Positions 1-12,600 of a stretch of DNA of 64,000 nucleotides are shown here, in pieces. The stretch spans positions 148,118,001 through 148,182,000 of the forward strand of contig NC_042999.1 in assembly GCF_006345805.1 (NCBI RefSeq), written 5' to 3'. A program made the position numbers and the translations under genes. Source of the stretch: Octopus sinensis (taxonomy: Eukaryota). A model generated the notes under the pieces. The model was not told the DNA's origin. It did not search any database and worked only from the letters and a program-made list of their open reading frames with translations. Every line of letters starts with the position of its first letter. The stretch's first letter is position 1.

Positions 1-3000
1 AATATTTCTTTTCAATACATGTTTTTGGTAATTTCTGGTGGGGAGGCTTTGGTCTTGTGCTGCAATTAAAGATCCCTCTGTCTCTGCTTTGAGTCCTGAG
101 CTTCTCAACCATTGTTGGGATTTTTCTTTGTCTATTTCTTTTGCGTTTAGTTTAGTCCAGTATTTACCATGAAGGAGCTTTTCTTGCCATCGTTTTATCA
201 TGGTTCATTGCTGTTCTATTTTTAGTTTGGATTTCATTTGTTTTATAGCATTTGTTGTTTCTTCATCTTCTTCTTCTTCTTCTTCATGTTTATTAGGTGG
301 TATGATTTCTTGTTTGTATTTGTCAGCTTCCTTAAATACTGAGAACAGTTTTTTGTTTTGCTCGTGTTTTGCAGCTATCTGGATCAGTTTTCCTTCCTTC
401 TGAAGTAGATATTTTTGCAGTCCTATGGTGGTTATTTTATAGTAGTTTTCCAGCTGTATAAGGCCTCTACCACCTTCTATACGATGTATATATAGTCTTT
501 CTATGTCAGATTTTGGGTGATGCATCCTAGATCCTGTCATTATTTTTTTTGTTTTCCTATCTATTTTGGTCAGTTCATTTCGTGTCCAGTTAAGGATATT
601 GTAGCTGTAACTTATAACTGGGACAGCTAAAGTGTTGATACCTATTATCTTGTTTTTAGCATTGAGCTCTGTTTTTAGTATTGATCTAACTCGTCTATAA
701 TATTCTTTTTTTACTTTCTCTTTCATTTGTGTGTGTTGTGTCTTGTCTAGTTCATGGATTCCTAAGTATTTGTAAGTTTGGCTTTGGTCTAATTCTTTTA
801 TTTCATTGGTTTTATCTAGTGTGATGTTGTTACTCTTAACTAGTTTTCCTCTTTTCATGGTTACTTTGGCGCATTTTTCTAATCCAAATTTCATATCTAT
901 TTCTTTGGTAAATCCATGAACTGTCTTTAATAGTGTTTCCAGCTGTTTGTCATTTGCAGCGTATAGTTTTAGGTCATCCATATATAAAAGGTGGCTGATC
1001 GTTTTGCCGTAACATTTATATCCGCATCCAGTTCTATTTAGTATATCAGATAGAGGTGACAGTGCCAAGCAGAAAAGGAGTGGAGAGAGCGTGTCTCCCT
1101 GGAATATTCCTCTTCTAATGGGGATGTCTTTGGTTTTCATGAGTCCCTCTTTTGTTTGGAGGTGTAGGACTGTTTGCCATTTATTCATAGAGTGCTCTAT
1201 GAATTTTATGATTGTTGGTGCTACTTTGTTAATGGCTAGTGTTTCGAGGATCCATGTGTGGGGGATGCTATCAAACGCCTTTTGGTAGTCAATCCAGGCC
1301 ATACTGAGGCCTTTCTTCTTTCTGTGGCTGTCTTCAGTTATGGCTTTATTAATCATTAGTTGATCTTTACAGCCGTATGAGCCTTTGCGGCATCCTTTCT
1401 GCTCTTCTGGGAACAGTTTGTTTTCGTCCAGGTGCTTGTTCAGCCTTTGCGATATCACTGCAGTAAATGCCTTGAACATAGTAGGGAGGCAGGTTATTGG
1501 TCTGTAGTTTTCTGGTTTTGCTGTTTCATTTGATTTGGGAATTAAGATGGTTTTCCCCTTCGTGAGCCATTCAGGCATTGTCTCTGGCTCTGCTAGTATG
1601 TTGTTAAAGTTTTCAGCCAGCTTTTTGTGCATTCCTGTTAGATATTTCAACCAGAAGTTGGGGATCTTGTCATGCCCAGGTGCTTTCCAGTTGCTTAGTC
1701 TTTGCAGTTCCTGGGTGACCTCTTCAGTTGTTATGGGGGTCCAAAGTTGTTCAGATGCCGAGTTTGTTATTTTGATACTCCTTTTTTTTGGTTGTTCGTT
1801 CGCCGACCATATTTCTCTCCAGAATTCTTCCAATTCTTCTGCCGTTGGTGCTGCAGTGACTTCTATTTTATTTTTGCCCAGTTCTTGGTAGAACTTTTTG
1901 GGGTTGGAGTTGAACTTTTTGTTTTCTTCAAAGAAGCGTTGGCGTTTCTCGTACCGGCGGATCCTTTGTGCTTTGGCAAGGATATCTTGCTTCAGCTTTT
2001 CTTTTATCTCAGGCAAATCTTTCTCTGTGATGTTATATTTGCGGAGTATTTTTGTTCTCTTTTTGTTGCTCAGTAGCGTTGATTGTTTGCTGATTTCATT
2101 AAGAATCGACAGGTCTTTTCTAATTTTTTTTATTTTGTTTTGGATGTTATTTATCCACAGGGTTTGTTTGGGTGGTGGTACTCCTGTTTGGGCGGGTTTG
2201 GGTAAGTATCCAGCTTCTTTTGTGGCTGCAGTGGCTGCTGCGTATATTAAGTCATTTAGCTCAGTGATATCACTTTTTTTTGTTTCAGTGGCTATCAGTT
2301 CAGTGACGGCTAGGTTTATGCTGTTTATAATTGGTGTTGTTATTTCGTTTATTTTGATTCTTGGGAGGTATGGTCGGTGGTCCATTTTGAGCTCTGTGGT
2401 TTCCAGTTCTTTGATTATTTTATTTTTTATATTATCATAATCATTAGGCTCCCCTTCGTTGTTTACATCGTGTTTGTTGGGAATGTTGCGTTTGTCTTCG
2501 TGTTTTACAGTTTCAGTGTTTATATTATTGGGCATTGTTGTGTGGCTTCTATCTACATGTTTCTGGTGTATGTTTTCTTTTAGATGTTCTATTTCTATTT
2601 CTGATATTTTTTTGTGTTGAGAATGTATCTTCGTACGGTAACTAATTTATTAGGGTTCATTGCTGTATCCAAGTCTATATCTCTATTATTTTCCTTCCAT
2701 ATTTTATATGTATGTGTTGTTGTATTTTCATTTTTTGGGTAGAGCACTGCTGTGAAGTTTGCGTGTAAGATAGAAATGTATTCCTCATGTGTCCATTTAC
2801 GTCTTTTGGGTTTTATTTGCGGGACATGAGGTACAACGTCCGGCCCATTATTTTGACGGTCGTCATTTTCGTAGGGTACCGGTCCGTTTATTTCTGTTGT
2901 CACATTATTTCGCACGTGTAGTTTTTCGTACATTTTTTGTTGTAAGTTTAATGTACGTACCGCTCGATTGTTATTCTTGGGTTGAATAGTATCGGTGGCA

Positions 3001-3293
3001 TTTAATTTCCGCGTAGTTCCTTTGTACATGGTGTTTGGGGTCGGGGATGATCGTGATGTTCCACGCATGTTTACATGTGTTGCGTTAGAGGTGGAGATGA
3101 TATCGAGTCAAAATACATCATTTCGTTTCGAAAATAGTAATAAATTTCAATTAGTATTACTTACTCGGATACAGTCCAATTCTTTGTTAGTAAAACTTTG
3201 GCTCCATAGGATGCCCTTGTTTTCGATGTTTGTGGATAGATTTCGGAGCTCTGTATTTTCCTTCTTACATCTTAAACGTCCCCCGGTGTTCTC
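1..3293 (-). mobile_element. R4/Dong-clade non-LTR retrotransposon (RT + REL type), 5' end intact, runs off left edge, disrupted ORF
   Basis: RT motifs KAPGHDKI, DYQKAFDSIPH, GIFQGDTLSPLLF, YMDDLKLY in ORF 205-2535. N-terminal RRKWTHEEY in ORF 2595-3068. Nonsense TGA at 205-207 (CGA in the sister copy at 8805-8807) and a frameshift at the A7 run 2607-2613. 5' end abuts (TAA)n. Confidence 0.9.
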
Positions 3294-3354
<61 letters not shown>

Positions 3355-3368
3355 CATTATTATTATTG
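3294..3368. repeat. (TTA)n/(TAA)n microsatellite, target/tail tract
   Basis: About 25 TTA units between the LINE 5' end and a SINE-like repeat. Confidence 0.98.
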
Positions 3369-3680
3369 AGTGAGAGAGCAGTGCATGCCATCAAAGTGAC
3401 ACCGGGGTAAAAATATACGAAGTCCAGTATACCCATCATGACTACTCGTCTGATAAGGGTACACCAGGCACATTCATCACAACCATATGTGCGCGACATG
3501 GTGATCTCATATCAAAATAAACAACGCATGACCTGGCAGGTGGGGCCCAGTTAGAATTTTCTTCTGTTCGAGTAACCCATCCTACTCAAAAGGTTCCTAA
3601 ATAAGGGTTGTTTAAGGATGTTGAACGAAATACCCATGTTTCCAGAGGTAAATTATTAAAACCCCAAAGAATCCCTAAAA
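3369..3680 (-). mobile_element. SINE-like interspersed repeat ending in (TAA)n
   Basis: Non-coding, higher-GC block whose minus-strand 3' end runs into the TAA tract. I recall it as a common octopus repeat (not verified). Confidence 0.5.
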
Positions 3681-3965
3681 CTAAATGAAGGCTCTCTGGT
3701 TCTAAGTTATACTTCTAAGTTAAATCAAGCACAGTACACATAGAATTTAAAATAGGCCCACTGGTTACATTGATGAACAGTAATTTTTATTTATAGGCTG
3801 GTGATCATACATGTAGAGACAAAATGTCTTCGCCAGGCAAATTGTATTCCTTCGGGTAAATGCTTATCGTACTGATTTGTACAGGAACAAATTTCATCAA
3901 AAATATTTTGGGATATAATGTCATGTATTAACAAAAGAAAACAACATAGAGTATAAACAACTTAC

Positions 3966-4124
3966 CATATTTATCCTTTGAATAATCAGAGCTGGGTCCA
4001 GTATAACTGGAAGAAGTACTTCCCTGATTTCTTCTCCATGTGTATTCATTAGGATTCATACAGTCAATTGTGTAATTACAGAGTTTTGGGTTATTAAAGT
4101 GGCACACGTTGTGTGTTATCCCAA
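3966..4124 (-). CDS. Coding exon 9: MAM3 N-terminal part (not in ORF track)
   Basis: [52 protein letters not shown](G) carries the MAM W-x-R-x2-G-x-T-x-S-x2-TGP-x2-D motif. Acceptor gttttag, donor gtaag. Confidence 0.88.
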
Positions 4125-6360
4125 CTAAAACATAAAATTATAACAATTTATGACAATGGTAAAAAGTTACAAATTCATAAAAAGTGAGTTATAGATATAC
4201 GAATTATTTCCAGTGTATGACCAGAACTGATCCCAAAAAGAAAAAAATTCCTTCAGGGGTACTTTGATGTGAAATAGGAGAAACTGCAATATAATCTCTT
4301 GTGACACTGTTTCCACAATGTGGAATTTTTATATATAAAACTGAAGTTGTGTGTGTGAGAGTCTGTCTCCTCCGATTTAGATTCCTAACTACTCCCACAT
4401 TTTGCAGTGCAGTTTAACCAAAAGCGAGTATCTTATAGTCGTGATTCATATCGAGCCCTTCTGAGTATTAGCGTGCGTCTACGATGAGTCTACGATGATA
4501 AAAAATTTAACATCATTTTTTCGCATTTTTAATGCATTTTTTGCTCGGTTTATATAAGGGAAGTAACTCTCTAAAAATGCTTATATAGTTATTTCCCTTA
4601 TGTGTTTTGTGCCTTATTCGAATAGCAGATTTCATAAGTTCTGCTGTTTTCTTCAAATTTATAAAAATATGCGTTGTTGCAGACAATATCTTTGTTTTGA
4701 TTTTTCCAAAAGTATGGATAAAATGGAATGCAATTTCGTCAAAATTAACGCTTAAACAAGTTATTCATCAAATTTCTATCTACCCGAGAAATAGTCACAG
4801 ATTTGGAAATTCAAATTGATTCAGTGTTTGTGAGTATTCTTTTTAGCTACTTTTACGATGTATTCTAATTACATGATATAATTTAGACTATTATAAAAAT
4901 ACGAAAATTGCATAACATACCTAATAACACAGATTAATTACATATGAGAAGTGTTTATGTCAAGTATTGCTCGAAAACACGTTAATGAACTAAAACCCGT
5001 TAGTGAGAACGCGAAGACCTGAGTAAGTCTCATTCAGCTGATCAAGTTTGTCAATTTGTATCCATCTGGAAACTTGGATTAAAACGGGCATGGCAATGAA
5101 GACTTTGTAAATGGTAACGAACAGACGATAAACCATATGATTTGTGGATGGGCCGAATAACTAATCAGAGAATCAATACCAATCATTTAGTAAATTGGCT
5201 GATTAGTTGAGGGTTAATTAAAAAAATAATAAAGAACTACTGCATGGGTTTTTATTAGCACAAATAACTCACCCAAGATACAACAAGGTATACTTTGTTT
5301 TCGGAAAATTAAATGAACAAATTTTATTAAAATATGCGAAATGTTTTTCACATAACACAGATCTAAAATACTTAGAAAATGTAGTATTTCAAAAGTTATT
5401 CAGCACATGTAATGATAGAAAATACAAATATACTTACTTTGACAGGAACCTTTGGAAAAGTGAATATCATCAAGAGCCATTCCACCAGACCATCCACTTG
5501 CTGTTATACCATAGAACATGATTCTTCCCTTTTTATTAGTAGGTAGCTCCATACAACCGTATTGCCATAGAGATCCATGGTCTCCAGAATCTTGCCAAAA
5601 GTATGATTTATCATACATTTGATCTCCATCTTCCACAAATCTTAATTGTAGTTCTCCACGGCTACTACCTTTCATGTAGTAATAAAACGTGACCTTGATT
5701 TTCTCTGATGGAAGATCTAGTAAAGGTGATGTTACACTGCTTTTCAATATGCTATAATAAGACCTTTTATATACCAGGTAGTATCCTACAAAACAAACAG
5801 AAGAGTTAAGAGTATGAATGAAGCTTACTTCTAAGACTATGTAAGCAATTCTTCCGACCTGCTGCTCATGTACATAAATAGAAACGAACATACTTTGACC
5901 ATATTTATCATCATTGATTCAACAGTCTTCAGTGATATTTAGTGCATGGTACTATCCTGTAAAGTCGTTAGTAAGAGAAACTATATTGGCATGAAACAAT
6001 GAAAAGGCTACCGATTCAGAAGTATTCAGAATGGATTGCATTGAGAAAGACTTGTCCAAGAAGTCACCAATGACCATTCGTCAATCTGATAATGTTGTCA
6101 GTTTTGTAGCCATACCCTGTTCTATTCAGTTCACTTGAGAGTGGTATTAGTGTTATACAGAAAATTAGTGGTGAAAGTGAGTCACTTTGGAAAATGCCAC
6201 AGTTTATGCTAATATTGTTTGAGCCAATACTCCATTAGAATGATATAATTGGAGCTTCGTGTTCCATAGTGACATATTATACTTTAAAAATCACAGGAGT
6301 GTCAGAAGTTTTATAGATGTTATACTTCACTGAATTGGTAGCGAGAGCTTGGTCTTGTGC

Positions 6361-6396
<36 letters not shown>

Positions 6397-7853
6397 TATT
6401 ATTATTATTATTATTACAGGAGAAATTTTGAAAATATCCAGCGATTTCAGAATCCACGAACGTGGTATGCTGTCAAAGACTTTTTTAAAGTCGATCCATG
6501 AGGAGCTGAGATTTCTGCGCTTGTTATGGCAGTTCCCAAGGATCATGCGATTAATTAGGAGCTAATCTTTGCATCCGTATGAGCCTCGTCTGCATCCTTT
6601 TTGTTCAGTGGGAAAGGGGTTATTCTCTTCCATAAACGTATATGTTTTCTCCACTAGAATAGATGTCAAAATCTTATAGGTAGTAGACAAACGTGTTATA
6701 GGCCGGTAGTTTTTTTTTTTTTGGTCTTTGGTTTCGTTATTTTTCGGGAGGAGGTAAGAAATGCCATTTGCCATCCAATGGGGAGTTTTTTCCGGGTCGT
6801 TCATAATACTATTAAATAGTATTACTAACATTTTGTGTGCGGACGAGAGTAATAACAGCCAGAAATTTGGTATTCTATCAATACCAGGAGACTTTCACTT
6901 ATGAGCCTTCGTTAGTGCCCTCCTGAGGTCGACGATTGAAATGTCTTCTCATACCTGTTCTTGTAGATTTTTGTAGGCATCTTAGGTGCGTTTGACCCAG
7001 TCTACATTTTCATTGTATGGTTTCTCATCACTCCAGATTCCTTTCCAAAAGTTTTCGACTTCTTCCATTAGAGGTGGATTTTCAATGGTTATTTTTTCTA
7101 TCCTTATTTCTCTGTGAAATGATTTGGCATTAGATTTGGACATATTTTGCTTGTAGTATTTGATTCTTTTCTCAAATCTGCGTATTCTCTGAGCTTTTGC
7201 TTGAACTTTTTGTTTAAGTGTTTCTTTCGCTGACATTAGTTCTCCTCTTGTTAAGAGTCCATATTTTCTCATAATCTTCCTGCCTTTATTTGATCTTACA
7301 CCATTTCCAGAGATTAGCTCAGTTAATATTGATATCTCCCTTCGCAATGATTCAATCTCAGTTTCGATTCTACTCCTCCAGTTTGATTTTCTTTTCGAAT
7401 TTGGTTTTGTTAGCTTTTTGGGTGTTAAACAGCGCCTTTCGATTACCTTAGCAACAGAGTAAATAATTTCATTTAACTTATTAAGATCGGGTTTTTATTT
7501 GTGTTTTATGTTGGTGTGCATTTGAGAGTTTATGGAGTGGTTCCATATCATTCACATTTGTATGCCCTACAACTGCAAACTCATTCAGAACTTCTTGCTT
7601 CATTTCAATGATAGATTTTCTGTGTTGTTCAGCAACTATGTGGTCTTCAAATTCTGTTTCGACATCATTTTCCTGACTGTTTTTTCTAGGGTCATTAAAT
7701 TTTCCTTTTACTTCAGGATCTTGAGTGGTTTCGGCAGATGGTCGCCTTTCAGTCAATGCTTGTGGTCCAACATTCCTCTTCTTTGCTTCGTTGTTATTAT
7801 TATTATTATTATCATTATTATTATTATTATTATCATTATTATTATTATTATTA

Positions 7854-7921
<68 letters not shown>

Positions 7922-9570
7922 ATTATTCAGTAGTATATTTTTTATATCCTGCTTTCACTTCACTACCGAGCACAGCTCTGTGTGCCTTGGGTATGTGCTG
8001 TGATTTGTTGTGATGCTCTGATGGTTATTGTATGGAAAGTGTTCTGCGTAGGATGTGTGCAGTGCCTAGTAGCGCATTTTTCTGTATGTTATATGTGTTT
8101 GTAAGTCCTGGTGTTTTTGTTATGTATTTGTCTGAATATTTTTTTATCATGCCTAATGCACCTACTATGATAGGAATTGTTTCTGTTTTTAGATTCCACA
8201 TTCTGGTTACCTCTATTTCCAGGTCTTTGTATTTTAAAAGTTTCTCCATTTCTTTTAGAGACACGTTGTCATCCGCTGGTATTGATACATCAATTAGAAA
8301 ACATTTTTTCTTCATGATCTCTGACAACTATATCTGGTCTGTTGGCCTTAATTTCCCTATCTGTGTGTATTGGCATATCCCAGAGTATTGTTACTTTCTC
8401 ATTTTCTGTGACCTTTTCTGGTGTGTGCCTATACCATCTTTTTCTGTTGTTATTCCATGATGTTGGCATAGTTTCCAGTGTATATAGGTCCCAACTTTGT
8501 CGTGTCTGTGAATATATTCCTTCTTAGCCAGGACTAGGCAGCCAGAGATAATATGGTTTATTGTTTCTTGTCCATCTCCACATATTCTGCAGTTACTTGT
8601 TATATTTCTTTTCATTACATGTTTTTGGTAATTTCTGGTGGGGAGGCTTTGGTCTTGTGCTGCAATTAAAAGTCCTTCTGTCTCTGCTCTGAGTCCTGAG
8701 CTTCTCAACCATTGTTGGGATTTTTCTTTGTCTATTTCTTTTGCATTTAGTTTAGTCCAGTATTTGCCATGAAGGGACTTTTCTTGCCATCGTTTTATCA
8801 TGGTTCGTTGCTGTTCTATTTTCAGTTTGGATTTCATTTGTTTTATAGCATTTGTTGTTTCTTCATCTTCTTCTTCTTCTTCTTCATGTTTATTAGGTGG
8901 TATGATTTCTTGTTTGTATTTGTCAGCTTCCTTAAATACTGAGAACAGTTTTTTGTTTTGCTCATGTTTTGCTGCTATTTGTATCAGTTTTCCTTCCTTC
9001 TGAAGTAGATAATTTTGCAGTCCTATGGTGGTTATTTTATTATTATTATTCAGTAGTTTTATTTTTATAGCATGCTTTCACTTCACTATCGAGCGCAGCT
9101 CTGTGTGCCTTGGGTATGTGCTGTGATTTGTTGTGATGCTCTGATGGTTATTGTATGGAAAGTGTTCTGCGTAGGATGTGTGCAGTGCCTAGTAGTGCAA
9201 TTTTCTGTATGTTATATGTGTTTGTAAGTCCTGGTGTTTTTGTTATGTATTTGTCTGAATATTTTTTTATCATGCCTAATGCACCTACTATGATAGGAAT
9301 TGTTTCTGTTTTCAGGTTCCACATTCTAGTTACCTCTATTTCCAGGTCTTTGTATTTTGAGAGTTTCTCCATTTCTTTTAGAGACACGTTGTCATCTGCC
9401 GGTATTGATACATCAATTAGAAAGCATTTTTTTTCTTCATGATCTCTGACAACTATATCTGGTCTGTTGGCCTTAATTTCTCTATCTGTGTGTATCGGCA
9501 TATCCCAGAGTATGGTTGCTTTCTCGTTTTCTTTGACCTTTTCTGGTGTGTGCCTATACCATCTTTTTTC

Positions 9571-9612
<42 letters not shown>

Positions 9613-12600
9613 TATTATTATTGCCATGGGCAATTATGGAGTGCATTTTATGGTTTATAAATCTAATATTTTCCTATCCTTCCTTAATACCGGTTCCCAT
9701 ATGCTACTCACATCTGCACTTGGTCTGCTTAGGAGGTTGTTGTGTCCTAGCATATGTGCTGCGTCTTTTAGTTTTCGTATTTTCCAGTAGTGTTCTCTGT
9801 CTATTATTTTAATCTCATCCCACAGGGTGAGGTGGTCTCCATTTTTCCATACATGATCAGTTCTACCCGATTTATCAATATCTCCTCGTGTCACAGCTTT
9901 GCGATGTTAGTCTACTTTTATTTTGAGGGGGCGGCATGTTTTACCTTTGTATAACCTACCACAGCTGCATGGGATGGAGTACACGCAGTCTTTGGTCATA
10001 TTCTTTTCTATTGGTGGTTTTACTCGAAGGAGATATTTGCGAAGTATTGTACTACTCTGGAATACTGTGCTGATGTCATATGGGCCGCATATCTTTTGTA
10101 TCTTTTCGGAGAGGCCTTTCACATAACGTACAGACTGTAGACAGTTTATTGATTCCATCCTCTCTTTTCTTCCTAATTGGAGAGGATAGTATGTTTTGTG
10201 GGTAGTTGTTGCTTAATAGATTGTTATTGAGCTTGATCATTTCTTCGTGGGGTGTATCACGATCGCCACTTATATTCTTTGCTCGATGTTTTAGGCACTG
10301 AGCAATCCATCTCTTTACACTGTATGGATGGTGGGAATTGAAGTTGAGGTATCGTCCAGTGAAGGTCAACTTGCAGTATACGGATGTCCTGAATCCATAT
10401 TTGGTGTGTGTTATTAATACGTCCAGGAATTCTAACTGATTGTCTTTTTCCTTTTCTATTGTGAACTGTATGGATGGTGTAGTGATTAAGAGCGCGAGCT
10501 ACAAAACCCAAAATTCCGAGTTCGATTCCAGGCAGTGACCTGAGCAAAGATCCTCTGGGATTTTATGATTCGTCTTAATTGAGAAAGAAAACAAACTATG
10601 CTGGATCATAGACATAGCATACCCAGCTGACAACAAGGTATGCGATAAGGAAGTAAGAAAAGTCGAGAGATATGACAGGTTAGCTTGGGAAGTTAAGCAG
10701 TTGTGGTCAATGAAAAAGGTAGCAGTAGTACCAATAATTGTCGGAACCGTGGGAACAGTGAGCAAAAATCTCCAGAAGTACGTGGAACAAATAGGGGCTG
10801 CAATAAGGGTGGAGCACTTGCAGAAAACAGCACTGCTTGGAACCGCTCGAATACTCTGGAAGGTGCTCGAAAAATAAGAGGTGTTACCTTAGTTCACTGG
10901 TATTTGTAAAAGAGTTCCGCCAGAATATGTAAAAGATTTCTTGTAGATATGGAAAAAGAAGTTCCTGTAATTCTTTGATAGTTACTCAAATTTTGAATAC
11001 GATTTCTACTTAAAACAATGATAAAGAAAAGAGAGCTATTTACCAGAACCAGAATGGTCACTTAGTCCAAACAACTTGTCCAAACTCCAGCCATAGCTTG
11101 AATACTTAGAATCAATATCATAATTGCAAGTGTCTTCATGAAAATCACAGGAAGCATTCCAAACTGAAATTAATGCAAAATGTGTGATTTAAGTAGTTAA
11201 TACAATTATCTCTGAGCAGTTACTCAGAAAATCAATGTATTTGATGTTCAAAGCTATATTCTAAAATCAATCCATTTCTTTATAATTCTTACACCATGGG
11301 CCACAACTTTCAGGCAATATATCCACAGGTTTGCTAGAATGATTGACCTGTTTACTTACTAGATATATTTTGATTCACAATATATGACGATCAGTGATGT
11401 GGACCTAATTGTAGAGATCACTGCCAGTTGCTGTTTTCAGTGTTTACCCATTTAACAAATTGATTTGTATTCACACTTAACCCTCTAGCATTCAAATTAT
11501 TCTGCCAAAAATAATGTTTAATCAATTACATTGTTTTGAATTAAACATGGATTATCTGATAGCTTTGAGATTTTGATGAGGTAACTGTTAATTTATGGAA
11601 TGATATTCTAGGGTTGGCTTTCAAACTGGCCAGTTTGAACATGGTAGAATATTTTGGCCGGATATGGCCGGTTAGCCATTACAAATCTAAATATGGTATA
11701 ATCAAAATTCGGTCTCTCACGCCTTTTTGTGCTTACCATGCTCTTTGCTCAGTTTATTTTAAAGCTATCATTATTTGTTTTCCTAGAACCACCAACAAAC
11801 CTTTCAACTTGTGAACAAAATATCATTTTGAGAGGCTCGTATTGTTCAGCTGTATTAACTTGACTGTCAATGACATTGCTCTCAATATTTCTCAAATTCA
11901 CATATTTTAGGATACAGATATTTGATTGGGGACCTCCCGTAAATAACTCTGGAGATAAGAATGAAATTTAGTTTTTGCATTCATTTAAATATATATCTGA
12001 ACATTCATCAGTCTACACACAGATGCAGTTGCAAACATCACATACACAAGTGTATGTGCAAATCTTCTTTCTTTATTATGTAAATGTTCATTTGAAAATC
12101 TAGACAAGAGTTAGTTAGTAATCAAGCAAGAATATGCATCGGATTCAAATAACAATAACTGGCACTCCTTCGGTTGTGATGACGAGGGTTCCAGTTGATC
12201 TGATCAACGGAACAGTCTGCTCGTGAAATTAACGTGCAAGTGGCTGAGTATTCCACAGACACGCATACCCTTAGCATAGTTCTCAAGCAAATTGAACGTG
12301 ACACAGAATGTGACAAGGCCGGCCCATCGAATTACAGGTAAAATTCAATTTTGCCAGCTGAGAAAACTGGAGCAACATGAAATAAGCTATCTTGTTGAAG
12401 AACCAAACGCACCTACGGGAGCCAAACTCATGACCTTTCGGTTGTGAGCCGATTACCCAGACCACTAAGCCACGTGCTTTCATCAAACAACAATAAGCAG
12501 AGCAAAATACTGACTATTTGGAATGTTTGGTATATTTAACAGTGTTTCATAGTAACACATTTTTATTGCTCAATGCAAGAACACTTATTGTGGAAACTGA

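Noticed and set aside
3060-3293. HDV-like ribozyme at the Dong 5' end (known in R2 and some related LINEs)
   Set aside because: I could not fold a nested double pseudoknot by eye. It needs a descriptor search.
5950-6270. Possible hAT transposase remnant (QIDEW)
   Set aside because: Too decayed. One short motif only.
7725-8013. Poly-Leu/Tyr/Ile/Asn ORFs here and at 2995-3499, 34975-35222, 57672-58079
   Set aside because: Artefacts of (TTA)n tracts.
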